This document shows positions 19,917-29,449 of a stretch of 64,000 nt of DNA, in pieces. The stretch comes from Caulobacterales bacterium (GTDB lineage Bacteria > Pseudomonadota > Alphaproteobacteria > Caulobacterales > Caulobacteraceae), in contig JBIOEG010000003.1 of NCBI GenBank assembly GCA_044445825.1, positions 7,267-71,266 on the forward strand, written 5' to 3'. The translations under genes and the position numbers were made by a program. Below the pieces are notes generated by a model that ran no database searches, was not told the DNA's origin, and saw only the letters and a list, made by a program, of their open reading frames with translations. How positions within the stretch are numbered: position 1 is the stretch's first letter; every line of letters starts with the position of its first letter.

Positions 19917-22016
19917 ATGAACAGATTCCTGAAGGGCCTCGTAGTGGCCGTGGCGGCATTGGCGCTGGTCGCCTGCCACCAAAAGGGGCCGGCGGCGGTG
20001 GACGGCGCGCGCATCCTCGCCGCCGACAATGACCCCGGCAATTGGATGACGCAGGGGCGCACCTACAGCGAACAACGCTACAGCCCGCTGGACAAGATCA
20101 ACACCTCCAACGTCGCAAACCTCGGTCTGGCGTGGAACTTCGAGCTCAGCACCAACCGCGGGGTGGAGACCACGCCCATCGTGGTCGACGGCGTGATGTA
20201 CGTCACCAGCTCCTGGAGCCTGGTCTACGCGCTCAACGCCAAGACCGGCGAGCTGATCTGGAAGTACGATCCCCAGGTGCCGCGCGAGACCGGCTTCAAG
20301 GCCTGCTGCGACGTGGTCAACCGAGGCGTGGCGGTGTGGAACGGCCGGGTCTATGTGGCGACCCTGGACGGCCGGCTGGTGGCCCTGGACGCCAAGACCG
20401 GAACGCCGGCGTGGAGCGTGGTCACGGTCGACCAGTCCAAGCCGTTCGTCATCACCATGGCGCCGCGGATCATCAAGGGCCGGGTGCTGATCGGCAATTC
20501 CGGCTCCGAGTACGGAGTGCGGGGCTATCTGTCGGCCTATGACGCCGACACGGGCAAGCTGGCGTGGCGCTTCTTCACAGTCCCCGGCGATCCCTCGAAG
20601 GGCTTCGAGAACAAGGCCATGGAAATGGCCGCGAAGACCTGGACCGGCGAGTGGTGGAAGTTCGGCGGCGGCGGCACGGTGTGGGACTCCCTCGCCTACG
20701 ACCCGGAAGCCAACCTCGTCTATTTCGGCACCGGCAACGGCCTGCCGTGGGTAGACCGCGTCCGCTCGCCCGGGGGCGGCGACAACCTGTTCCTGGCCTC
20801 CATCGTCGCGGTGGACGCCGACACCGGCGAGTACCGGTGGCACTACCAGACCACCCCGGGCGACACCTGGGACTTCGATTCCACCCAGACCCTCACCGTC
20901 GCCGACCTGACCATCGGGGGCCAGCCGCGCAAGGTGGTGATGCAGGCGAACAAGAACGGCTTCTTCTATGTGATCGACCGCATCACCGGGAAGTTGATCT
21001 CGGCCAACGCCTTTGTGCCGATGAGCTGGGCCAAGGGCGTGGACATGGCGACCGGCCGGCCCATCGAGGTGGGCGATGACCGCTACCGCAAAGGGCTCAC
21101 GGCGGTGTTCCCCGGCGCCTTCGGCGGCCACAACTGGCATCCGGCCTCGTTCAGTCCCAAGACCGGCCTGGTGTACATTCCCGCCCAGGAGGCGGCGTTC
21201 GGCTACGGCGAGGATCGGCGCTTCAGCTTCGCGCAGGGCCAGGAAAACCTCGCCGAGGATCCCGCCGTCTTCGCCCTGCCGAAGGACCCCAAGGCCCTGG
21301 CCGCCATGCGCAACAGCATGAAGGGCTATCTGCTTGCCTGGAACCCGGTCACCGGCAAGGAAGCCTGGCGCGCCGAGCACAAGGGGCCTTGGAACGGAGG
21401 CACGCTGGCGACAGCCGGCGGGCTGGTGTTCCAGGGCACCGCCGACGGCCATTTCGCCGCCTACGACGCCTCCACCGGCAAGCCGTTGTGGTCCGCGCAG
21501 ACCTACACGGCGACCCTGGCCGGACCCGTGACCTACACGGTCGACGGCGAGCAGTACGTGGCGGTGGCGGCCGGCGACGGCTCGCTCTTCTACCTCGTCG
21601 GCGGCTTCGCCCTGGACCGCAAGGGTACGCCGGACAATGGCCGGATCGTCGTCTACAAGCTCGGCGGCGCCGCCACCCTGCCCAAGCCGACCCTCGTCAA
21701 GCTGGTCATGCCCAAGCCGCCCGCGGCCAGCGCCTCGGCCGCGACGGTGGCCGCCGGACAGGACGGCTACAACCGCTATTGCGCCGTCTGCCATGGACTG
21801 GGGGCCATTGGCGCCGGCGTGCTTCCCGACCTTCGCTACAGCCCCCTGCTCGGCGACACGGCGGGATTCAGGGACGTCGTGATCGGCGGCGCGCGCAAGG
21901 CCAACGGCATGGTCAGCTTCTCGCAGGTGCTCAAGGATACCGACGCCGACGCGGTGCGCGCCTATCTGATCACCGAGGCGAACGCCGCATACTCCCAGGA
22001 GCACGCCAGCCGCTAG
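19917..22016 (+). CDS. PQQ-dependent alcohol dehydrogenase, type II quinohemoprotein (C-terminal cytochrome c), predicted lipoprotein
   Basis: LALVAC lipobox; W-docking beta-propeller repeats; vicinal CC (KACCDVVNRG); GSEYG; WDFDST; heme motif CAVCHG. Confidence 0.93.
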   Translation: MNRFLKGLVVAVAALALVACHQKGPAAVDGARILAADNDPGNWMTQGRTYSEQRYSPLDKINTSNVANLGLAWNFELSTNRGVETTPIVVDGVMYVTSSWSLVYALNAKTGELIWKYDPQVPRETGFKACCDVVNRGVAVWNGRVYVATLDGRLVALDAKTGTPAWSVVTVDQSKPFVITMAPRIIKGRVLIGNSGSEYGVRGYLSAYDADTGKLAWRFFTVPGDPSKGFENKAMEMAAKTWTGEWWKFGGGGTVWDSLAYDPEANLVYFGTGNGLPWVDRVRSPGGGDNLFLASIVAVDADTGEYRWHYQTTPGDTWDFDSTQTLTVADLTIGGQPRKVVMQANKNGFFYVIDRITGKLISANAFVPMSWAKGVDMATGRPIEVGDDRYRKGLTAVFPGAFGGHNWHPASFSPKTGLVYIPAQEAAFGYGEDRRFSFAQGQENLAEDPAVFALPKDPKALAAMRNSMKGYLLAWNPVTGKEAWRAEHKGPWNGGTLATAGGLVFQGTADGHFAAYDASTGKPLWSAQTYTATLAGPVTYTVDGEQYVAVAAGDGSLFYLVGGFALDRKGTPDNGRIVVYKLGGAATLPKPTLVKLVMPKPPAASASAATVAAGQDGYNRYCAVCHGLGAIGAGVLPDLRYSPLLGDTAGFRDVVIGGARKANGMVSFSQVLKDTDADAVRAYLITEANAAYSQEHASR

Positions 22017-22088
22017 CCGCAAAACCAGTTCCCATTCTTGCGGCTCGCACTCTAGGGTGACGGACCTGCATTCCGGGGAGGACGTCGC

Positions 22089-22901
22089 TTGACCGATACG
22101 CCCGTCGCCAAGCCAGCGCGTCGGCTGGACGCCTTCTTCTACACCGAGACGGTGAACTGGGTTCACCACTGGACCGAAAGCCTGTTCTCGTTTCGCACGG
22201 CGCGATCGCCGGACCTTCGCTTCGCCAGCGGCCAGTTCGTCATGGTTGGGCTGCAGCTTCCCGACGGCAAACCCCTGGTGCGCGCCTACTCCATCGCCTC
22301 CTCCACGGAGGATGCGGAGCTCGAGTTCTATTCGATCAAGGTGCCGGACGGGCCGCTGACCTCGCGGCTGCAGCACATCAAGGTCGGTGACCAGGTGCTG
22401 GTGGGCAAAAAGCCGACCGGCACCCTTGTGCTCGACGGCCTGAGGCCCGGAAAGCGCCTCTATCTGGTGGGAACGGGCACCGGCCTCGCGCCTTGGCTGT
22501 CCCTGGTGCGCGATCCCGAGGTCTATGCGCGCTTCGACGAGGTCATCGTCACCCACACGGTGCGCGAGGTGGGCGACCTCAGCTACCGGGACTTCTTCGA
22601 GGCGAACCTGAAGAGCGATCCCAGGGTGGGCGAGATGGCGGCGGCCAAGCTGCGGTACTACCCGTCGGTCACACGCGAGCCTTTCAGAAACGAGGGGCGC
22701 ATCACCGATCTCATCGCCTCCGGCAAGCTGTTCCGAGATCTCGGCGTGCCGCCGCTGGACCGGAAGATCGACCGCCTGATGCTTTGCGGCAGTCCGGGGC
22801 TGCTGAGCGACCTGAAAGTCATGCTCACGGAGCGCGGCTACGACGAAGGCGCCGTCGCCTCGCCCGGCGACTACGTTCTCGAAAAGGCCTTCGTGACTTG
22901 A
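22089..22901 (+). CDS. fpr: Ferredoxin--NADP(+) reductase, bacterial type
   Basis: RAYSIAS, GPLTSRL, GTGTGLAP and MLCGSP; TTG start. Confidence 0.92.
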   Translation: MTDTPVAKPARRLDAFFYTETVNWVHHWTESLFSFRTARSPDLRFASGQFVMVGLQLPDGKPLVRAYSIASSTEDAELEFYSIKVPDGPLTSRLQHIKVGDQVLVGKKPTGTLVLDGLRPGKRLYLVGTGTGLAPWLSLVRDPEVYARFDEVIVTHTVREVGDLSYRDFFEANLKSDPRVGEMAAAKLRYYPSVTREPFRNEGRITDLIASGKLFRDLGVPPLDRKIDRLMLCGSPGLLSDLKVMLTERGYDEGAVASPGDYVLEKAFVT

Positions 22902-22964
22902 GCCCCCAGAGCTGCGGCGCGCACCCGCGCGTGACCGCGAACCGGCCGTCGCCGGCGTCCCCGG

Positions 22965-23008
22965 AAGCAGACCTTCGCAGTGTCCGCCGAGGGGGGAAAG
23001 CGGACATT
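22965..23008. repeat. Short palindromic repeat (AAGCAGACCTT plus TGTCCGC-N12-GCGGACA hairpin)
   Basis: Read directly; inverted copies AAGGTCTGCTT at 24393-24403 and AATGTCCGC at 23943-23951. Confidence 0.5.
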
Positions 23009-23086
23009 CGACGCTCTGCCACCCATGGCCCCGCTCCAGCTTTGGCTTGCGGCGGTGGATCGCCCGTCGCTACGCTGGTCCGTCGC

Positions 23087-23842
23087 TTATAGAGCCTGAG
23101 CGGCCGCCCGGCGCCGAGGCCGGCCCGACTTGACCCCGGTGGCCAGCTTCACCCTGGTCTCGCGCACCGCGATCGCCGGCAACGAACCGGGGTTGGCGTC
23201 GAGGTAGGCCGCCACCGCCGCGCCATGACGCCCGGTCATCGAGCGCAGCAGCCATGAGACGGCCTTGGTGATCAGGATCGGCCGCTCGCCCTTCAGACGC
23301 TCGATCACCTCGAAGGCGAGATCGCGAAAGCGGGGATCATCGCTCGTGCGGCAAGGCGTGGTGAGCAACACCAGGGCCGCGCGGCGCTTATTGATGTTGG
23401 GATCGCGGGCGAGCCGCTCGATGAGCGCGCGCCAGGCCGGCCAATCGACGGCTTGCTGCTCGGCGGGGAACACACTGGCGCAGAGACTGTCGATCTCGGC
23501 CCAACCGGCGAGGTGGTCGAGCCAGACGTCGACCATGGCCGGCGTGGCGAGCCGGCGCGCGCGGGCGCCGTACCCGAGGACAACCGCTCCCAGCACCTTC
23601 TCCTCGTAGGCTTCGCCAGTCAGCAACCGCGCGGCGAGCTCCAGCACCTCGCCGTCCTCGGCGGTCTTGCGGTGCGCGGCGAGCCAGCCTCGAGCCATGG
23701 CGCGAAGGTCCGGGATCGAGACGTTGAAGAACGGATGGCCGCTGCCGGTGGAGTCGTTCTGCTGGCCACCGCGATATGGCCGTCCCGCCGCCTGCAATTC
23801 GGCTACCAAAGCGGCGTGCTCGGCGGGGATGTCGAGGCTCAT
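23087..23842 (-). CDS. DNA alkylation repair protein (AlkD-like HEAT repeats)
   Basis: Helical repeat pattern with W...D, KRRAALV and KAVSWLLR; start at ATG 23842. Confidence 0.8.
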   Translation of the reverse strand: MSLDIPAEHAALVAELQAAGRPYRGGQQNDSTGSGHPFFNVSIPDLRAMARGWLAAHRKTAEDGEVLELAARLLTGEAYEEKVLGAVVLGYGARARRLATPAMVDVWLDHLAGWAEIDSLCASVFPAEQQAVDWPAWRALIERLARDPNINKRRAALVLLTTPCRTSDDPRFRDLAFEVIERLKGERPILITKAVSWLLRSMTGRHGAAVAAYLDANPGSLPAIAVRETRVKLATGVKSGRPRRRAAAQAL

Positions 23843-23933
23843 CGGCTTCCCCAAGGTCCCTCTGGACGAAGCCTAGACCCGCCTCGAATGAATCGACGAC
23901 CTCGACTAATTCTTCGATGGCCGCGTTGCGACG

Positions 23934-24311
23934 TCACTGATGAATGTCCGCGAGTGGCGGCACATCACCGCCTGGTATCCGGCTTCTGCCGTCGCCACGA
24001 GAGACCTCCAAGGTGAAGATGTCCACGTCATCAAGGCAGCGAGCATTGATCGAGAGGTGGTTGTTCGGCCCGGTCCGCGCGATCGAGACTCCGCACGTCT
24101 TGCAGAAGTGATGACCCTCATCGACGAACCGCCAGACGTAGGTCGATAGACCTGAACGCGGCGTCGCGAGACGGACTTGGTCGTGGCGTACCTTCCAGTG
24201 CAGGAACCCGTGCCTTGCGCACGTGGAGCAGTTGCATTCGCCGAGGTTGACCAGCTCGGCGTTGCACTCGAGACGGACCGCGCCGCAATGGCAGGAAAGT
24301 GTTCGGATCAT
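23934..24311 (-). CDS. GFA family (Mss4-like) zinc protein
   Basis: SCHCGAV, CNCSTC and FCKTCG; start at ATG 24311. Confidence 0.88.
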   Translation of the reverse strand: MIRTLSCHCGAVRLECNAELVNLGECNCSTCARHGFLHWKVRHDQVRLATPRSGLSTYVWRFVDEGHHFCKTCGVSIARTGPNNHLSINARCLDDVDIFTLEVSRGDGRSRIPGGDVPPLADIHQ

Positions 24312-24666
24312 CGGACTTCGTCCTAACCGGGGTCGGGCACTCACATTGCCCCTTGATGCGGGCCGGCTCTAGTCACTCGGGACGGTCGTCAGAAGGTCTG
24401 CTTTGGGTCGATCACTGCCTTTGGCTCCCGGCCGAAGACCGGACTCGGCGAACGTCCGATAGACGGAGCTGGGCCGAGCGTCGGTATTGGCGCTTCGGCG
24501 CAACGCCGCGCAGACAGCTGCATCGTCAGCGAGGACGGTCAAGACCTGGACCAGTCTTAAGGCTTTCCTATCGACTGCTTCATTCCGCCTTAAGTTGAGC
24601 CGTGGATACTGCCTCTCGTTCTGGCGAAAGCCGCGTCTATTCTCGCCTAACGTGCAGGGGCTCTCA

Positions 24667-24831
24667 TTGCGCGACTTCATCTCTCGCTTCGCTCACGACC
24701 AGTCCGGTGCGACGGCCATCGAGTATGGCCTCATCGTCGCTCTGATCGCCGTGGTGATCATCGGCGCGGTCACGACGCTCGGAACCAATCTCAACTCGAA
24801 GTTCAGCGCGGTCGGCTCTGCGGTCGGGTGA
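24667..24831 (+). CDS. flp: Flp family type IVb pilin (54 aa)
   Basis: DQSG/ATAIEYGLIVALIAV prepilin cleavage motif and Flp EY motif; TTG start. Confidence 0.92.
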   Translation: MRDFISRFAHDQSGATAIEYGLIVALIAVVIIGAVTTLGTNLNSKFSAVGSAVG

Positions 24832-24895
24832 GGCCGGTGACGCCGCGCTGGCGGCGCTGCGCAGGTGCGAGAGCTCTCTCCATCATCAGGGCTAG

Positions 24896-26083
24896 TTGAA
24901 GCTTTTCAGCCATCTGGCCGGGGGACGAGCAGTGTTGCAACAGAATAGGTCCTGGCGTGTCGTCTCCTCCGGCCGCCCCAGTCGCAGCCTGCTGCATCTG
25001 CAGGCCAACGCTTCGACATCCCGGACGCTAAGCCTGCTCGCGGTCTGGAAGAAGCACGCGGATGACGAGGAGTACAAAGCCAACCCGTTCTTTCAGAACG
25101 TGGTCCTCAACCGATCCATCATCGTGAAACACCGACTGCGCGACAACGAGCGCGACAGCGTGGGCGATGACCGAACCTCGGCGACCAAGGTCATTTTGCC
25201 CATCGACCTCACCAACCTGGGCACGGGGGCTCACTCGTTCTTCGTTGGCCAGCGGGGCTACGAGAACTTCCTCGAGGATCTCTCCATCACGGTCGGCGAC
25301 CCCGACTCGCGCGACGAGAAGCTGCTCCGCGTGCTCGATTCGCTTCCCTCCCTCGATCCGTTCCTCATGCGCGAACGGCTGAAGAAGGAAGGGTTCACGC
25401 CGCCGCGCTGCTATTTTGAGCTGAGCGACGCCGACGCGTCGCGCATGTTGCGGTTCGTGCGCGACGAGCTGACGCCGCTGATTGGCATGTCCTTCGGCTC
25501 CGCCGACGGCTCGATCAATGAAAAGTCGGACAAGCTGGCGGCCAAGCTTCTCGCCAACGCAGGCGACGCCGAGCTGGACCCGCTGCGCCAGGGCATGGGC
25601 ATGAGCAAGCCAGATTTCGAGGAGGGAGTCTTCAGCTGGAAGGGGTTCATCTACTACAAGTGGACCCTCTCGGACCTGCTGCCGAAAGTCCGGCCCGTCG
25701 CCGCCCAGATCACCGGCGTCCGCGCGGAGGGCCCGGTCAACGATGACGAGCGCGTCTACATCGCCTCTGCCCAAGCCCGACTCTCCAAGGCGATCGGCCG
25801 CACTTGCGAGGCTGTCCGCGCCACGCTGAAGATCTATGACGACGCCTATGCCGACCTCACGCGGCACGGCCAGCCGCAGTCATTCCGACAATTCCTGTTG
25901 AACGCGCCGCGGCTGTTTGCCGAGCTCGGCGAGCGGCTGGGGTCCGTCCAACACGTCGTCAGCTTCTGGCGCTTCCGCTTCCCGGAAGGTGCTCGACAAA
26001 AGATCGGCGCCGAAGAGCTGGTTGACCTGCTGGCCGACTTCGAGGCGAGCCTCAGCTTCAGCGCCTCCGACAGTGTGGCGTGA
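24896..26083 (+). CDS. Hypothetical protein, about 350-395 aa, predicted soluble and helical
   Basis: Long ORF with host-like codon usage; start uncertain; no motif recognised. Confidence 0.75.
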   Translation: MKLFSHLAGGRAVLQQNRSWRVVSSGRPSRSLLHLQANASTSRTLSLLAVWKKHADDEEYKANPFFQNVVLNRSIIVKHRLRDNERDSVGDDRTSATKVILPIDLTNLGTGAHSFFVGQRGYENFLEDLSITVGDPDSRDEKLLRVLDSLPSLDPFLMRERLKKEGFTPPRCYFELSDADASRMLRFVRDELTPLIGMSFGSADGSINEKSDKLAAKLLANAGDAELDPLRQGMGMSKPDFEEGVFSWKGFIYYKWTLSDLLPKVRPVAAQITGVRAEGPVNDDERVYIASAQARLSKAIGRTCEAVRATLKIYDDAYADLTRHGQPQSFRQFLLNAPRLFAELGERLGSVQHVVSFWRFRFPEGARQKIGAEELVDLLADFEASLSFSASDSVA

Positions 26084-26238
26084 CGGGATCGCGCCGGGAA
26101 CGTCCCGCTGCGGGCCAACGTGCTGTGCCGGCCCAGGTAGGCGCGCTGGCGGGGCGCGACTGGCGTGCATGTTTAGCCACGCCTAGTCTTCGCGGCAGAT
26201 AGAGGTGGATGAGCCACCGATTCGGGAGGGTTCGCATC

Positions 26239-26772
26239 ATGTGGGGCATGGAGGGACTGAAGAATCCAGTCAACGCCCTGGCCGTAGTCGGTTTGGCTCT
26301 CGGCGGGGTGTTCGGCTTGGCCGGCACGATCATCGCTCAGCCAAACCTGCAAGCGAGCGCCTGGGCCATCGACAGCGCCGGCCTGGTGATGGCTTGCGCG
26401 TTGCTGGCTTTGAAATTCCATAAGATTGATAGGGCGATCGTCGCCGGCGGGTTTCTAGTATTCGCCATCGGCGAGGCTGTCATTCTGTCTGGAACGGCGG
26501 CGGGACAGATCGCCAGCGTTTCTTCGTTCGGCGCCGGCACGGCGTTATGGGCGACGGCGCTTTTGCTGATCAGCATCCCAACGGCATTTCCGTTTGGGGT
26601 TCGTGTGGTCGGCATCTTCAGTGCAGTTCTGTTTGCGATCACCGCCGCGAGGATTTTCTGGGGCGAGCAACTCGTGCCGACGGCATCGCCGCTGCCGTTT
26701 TTCGCCTACCCGTTCCTCATCGTCACCTTCGTCGGTTGGATCTGGGTGCTCTTGAGGGAAAAGGCGGTCTGA
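26239..26772 (+). CDS. Hypothetical polytopic membrane protein
   Basis: About six hydrophobic segments; start at 26239 or 26248. Confidence 0.7.
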   Translation: MWGMEGLKNPVNALAVVGLALGGVFGLAGTIIAQPNLQASAWAIDSAGLVMACALLALKFHKIDRAIVAGGFLVFAIGEAVILSGTAAGQIASVSSFGAGTALWATALLLISIPTAFPFGVRVVGIFSAVLFAITAARIFWGEQLVPTASPLPFFAYPFLIVTFVGWIWVLLREKAV

Positions 26773-26871
26773 CGGGACCTGCAAGTAGCCCGGCTTGCGG
26801 CTAGCCTTGCACAGGTGAAATGCCAGCCTCCGCTGGCATATGCTCGGTCGCTCATCACTGGGAATACCGCC

Positions 26872-27333
26872 ATGCCCAAGATCGACATCGCCTCCGTGCC
26901 GAAGCGCAGAGGCTCGGGATATCCGCCGCCCTTCAATGCACCCTGCGCCGAACGCGTGCGGCAGAGGCTGGGAGACGCCGGCGGGCTCGATGATTTCGGG
27001 GTCAACCTCATGTGCCTGCCGCCGGGCAATTGGTCCAGCCAGCGCCACTGGCATTCGGCCGAAGACGAATTCGTCTATGTGCTCGAAGGCGAACTGACGC
27101 TCATCGAAGACGGCGGCGAGACGGCGCTGCGCGCCGGCGATTGCGCGGCCTTTGCGAAAGGCTCCGGCAACGGCCATCACCTGATCAACAGATCGGGCGC
27201 TATGGCGGTCTATCTCGAAGTCGGCGCGCGCTCGCCCGCCGACGTCACCATCTGCTCCGACGTCGACATGATGAGCACCAACGCCGACGGTCGCTTCGTG
27301 CACAAGGACGGCGCGCCCTATCCCGGACCCTAG
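26872..27333 (+). CDS. Cupin domain protein
   Basis: SQRHWHSAEDEFVYVLEGE and NGHHLIN. Confidence 0.9.
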   Translation: MPKIDIASVPKRRGSGYPPPFNAPCAERVRQRLGDAGGLDDFGVNLMCLPPGNWSSQRHWHSAEDEFVYVLEGELTLIEDGGETALRAGDCAAFAKGSGNGHHLINRSGAMAVYLEVGARSPADVTICSDVDMMSTNADGRFVHKDGAPYPGP

Positions 27334-27363
27334 AGTCCCTGCGAGCTCAATCAGCGGGACGAC

Positions 27364-28449
27364 CTACGAGGTGACGGACGTCGCGCCGGCGTGAAGGACG
27401 GGCGTTCTCCCCGACGCCGCGAGCACGTCCTGGACGGCTTGCAGCACCGCGTCGGCCTGGCGGAAGGGAATGGTGAGATGCCCGGCGTCGACCGGACGGT
27501 TCTCGCCGTGGGGGACCGTTGCGGCGAGCGCGTCGTAGAGACGCCGCTTGCCTTCGATCTCTTCGCGCAGCAGCGACTCGTCTTCGCCCACGGACACGGC
27601 TCGCCGGAACTCATCGGTCGCCATCGAGCACAGGATGATCAACGGGACATCGGGCAGCGGGCCGCCCCGACGCACCTCGTCGTACAGCGGCTCCGCGTTC
27701 AGCGCTTCCTCGATCCCCGTCCACAGCCATTGCAGACTGACATGGCGCTCGATGAGCAGTTCGCGAAACGCGTCGGGCCAATCGGCGCCCATCTCCTGGG
27801 CGATCAGACCGCGGTAGAGGACGCGGTATCGGCGGACAATCGGCAGGCGCAGCAAGACGCCCTGCGCGAGCCGGTTGCGAACGACGCCTGACATCGCCCG
27901 GACGAGCAGTCGGCCGAACTGCTTCCTGGCGAGCGAGACCAGGGACTCGCGCGTCGGCGCCCCAGGGTCGGAAATCCCGCGCATCGCGTTCAGCCGCTCG
28001 GGCATGTAGGCGTTGTAGTCCTCGTGCGCCGGGTCGAGCAGGACGAGGCCCGCGACGTCGTGCGGGAAGCGCTGGGCGTATTGGCGCGCGTAGAGGCCGC
28101 CAAGCGAGTGACCCACCAACACGTAGGGAGGGGGCGCGCCGGCGATCGCCAGCAGGTCGCGCAGTTCTTCGCTCACCTCGGCGCCCGTGCGGCCCACGAG
28201 TCTGGCGCGATCGCTCCATCCGGTTCCGGCTCGGTCGTAGAGGATGCTCGTGGTGAGCTGGGCGGCGCGTTGCTGGAGGCCCAGGTAGTCGATGCCGACC
28301 GTGCCGGCGCCCGGCAGGAAAACCACCGCCGGACTCCCCTCGCCCGAGCGATGCAGCAGCAATCGCCGCCCACCTACATCGTAGAACTGTCCGACCGGGG
28401 GCGGCGCGTTCGCCGTTTCCGAACGCCGAGATGCCTTCGCCAACGCCAT
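27364..28449 (-). CDS. Alpha/beta hydrolase
   Basis: YDRAGTGWS, GHSLGG and AGH; start at ATG 28449 (GGAG RBS). Confidence 0.88.
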   Translation of the reverse strand: MALAKASRRSETANAPPPVGQFYDVGGRRLLLHRSGEGSPAVVFLPGAGTVGIDYLGLQQRAAQLTTSILYDRAGTGWSDRARLVGRTGAEVSEELRDLLAIAGAPPPYVLVGHSLGGLYARQYAQRFPHDVAGLVLLDPAHEDYNAYMPERLNAMRGISDPGAPTRESLVSLARKQFGRLLVRAMSGVVRNRLAQGVLLRLPIVRRYRVLYRGLIAQEMGADWPDAFRELLIERHVSLQWLWTGIEEALNAEPLYDEVRRGGPLPDVPLIILCSMATDEFRRAVSVGEDESLLREEIEGKRRLYDALAATVPHGENRPVDAGHLTIPFRQADAVLQAVQDVLAASGRTPVLHAGATSVTS

Positions 28450-28461
28450 CGCCGTCTCCAT

Positions 28462-28499
28462 TGATCTCAATTTTGAGAATGATATCATTTGTGAGATCA
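28462..28499. promoter_or_regulatory. Multi-palindrome operator between divergent hydrolase and HTH regulator
   Basis: TGATCTCA...TGAGATCA (28462-28469/28492-28499), TCTCAA-TT-TTGAGA (28465-28478), AATGATATCATT (28478-28489) in an AT-rich patch. Confidence 0.7.
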
Positions 28500-28589
28500 T
28501 CGCGCCATACGCGGTTGAGCGACTCTGCAATCCGGTGAGGCTTGGGCCGGTCCGGCGTGGCGCTCGGGATCGCAGGCCTTGGAGAACGC

Positions 28590-29192
28590 ATGCCGACCGC
28601 TCGTCTGACGCTGCTGCTGCATCCCGTCCGCATCCGCCTGGTCAATGCGATGTATGCCGGCGGCGCGCTCACCACGTCTGAGCTCTGCGCGCGCATGCCC
28701 GACCTGCCCAAGGCGACGCTCTATCGGCAGGTCGAGCGCCTCCTGCGCGGCGGAGTGTTCGAGGTGGAGAGCGAGCGACAGGTGCGGGGCACCGTCGAGC
28801 GCCGGTTCCGCCTGGCCGAGGGCGGTGCGCTCGTGGATGAAGAAGCCGCCCGGTCGATGACGCTCGAGGACCACCGGCGGGGGTTCACCGCCGCCATGGC
28901 GGCCCTAATCGGCGACTTCAACGTCTATCTCGACCGCGGCGACGCCGATCCCCTGGCGGATCAGGTCTCATATCGGCAGTACACGCTCTGGCTTCGGCCC
29001 CAGGAGCGGTCGCGCTTGATCCGCGAGGTTTGGCGCACGCTCGTCGCCTCGAGCAGCAACAAGCCCGGCGCCGGCCGAGCACCGTACGTGTTCAGCACTG
29101 TGTTCTTCCCGACAAGCGCGGGAAAGCCCAGCGAAAGGCCCAGACCGGGAACGACGTCTCGCCGGTCCAGAAGTCCGCCCGCCGCGGACTGA
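28590..29192 (+). CDS. Winged-HTH (ArsR/HTH_20-like) transcriptional regulator
   Basis: LLHPVRIRL, ATLYRQVERL and GTVERRF; GGAG RBS. Confidence 0.82.
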   Translation: MPTARLTLLLHPVRIRLVNAMYAGGALTTSELCARMPDLPKATLYRQVERLLRGGVFEVESERQVRGTVERRFRLAEGGALVDEEAARSMTLEDHRRGFTAAMAALIGDFNVYLDRGDADPLADQVSYRQYTLWLRPQERSRLIREVWRTLVASSSNKPGAGRAPYVFSTVFFPTSAGKPSERPRPGTTSRRSRSPPAAD

Positions 29193-29449
29193 GCCGCGTC
29201 ATCGTCGCCCGACAGCGACGCGCGGCGCTTGCGCAGTACGAGTGGCCCTGGCTGATCTGAGACCGAAGCAACGTGAGCCTCGTGCGCGGTGGTTGATGCC
29301 GACCGCCCTACTCCAGACCAGACGCCGGACGGACATCAGCCCTAGCGATGGACGGCCCCGCGCGCGAAGTCATGCTGAAACTGGGAACGGCGCCTCCTCA
29401 ACCCAAAGTTAAAGGGGCATCGATAGAATAGTGCGAGGAGGAACAACTC

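Noticed and set aside
19857-22556. 899-aa minus-strand ORF
   Set aside because: Antisense shadow of the PQQ dehydrogenase
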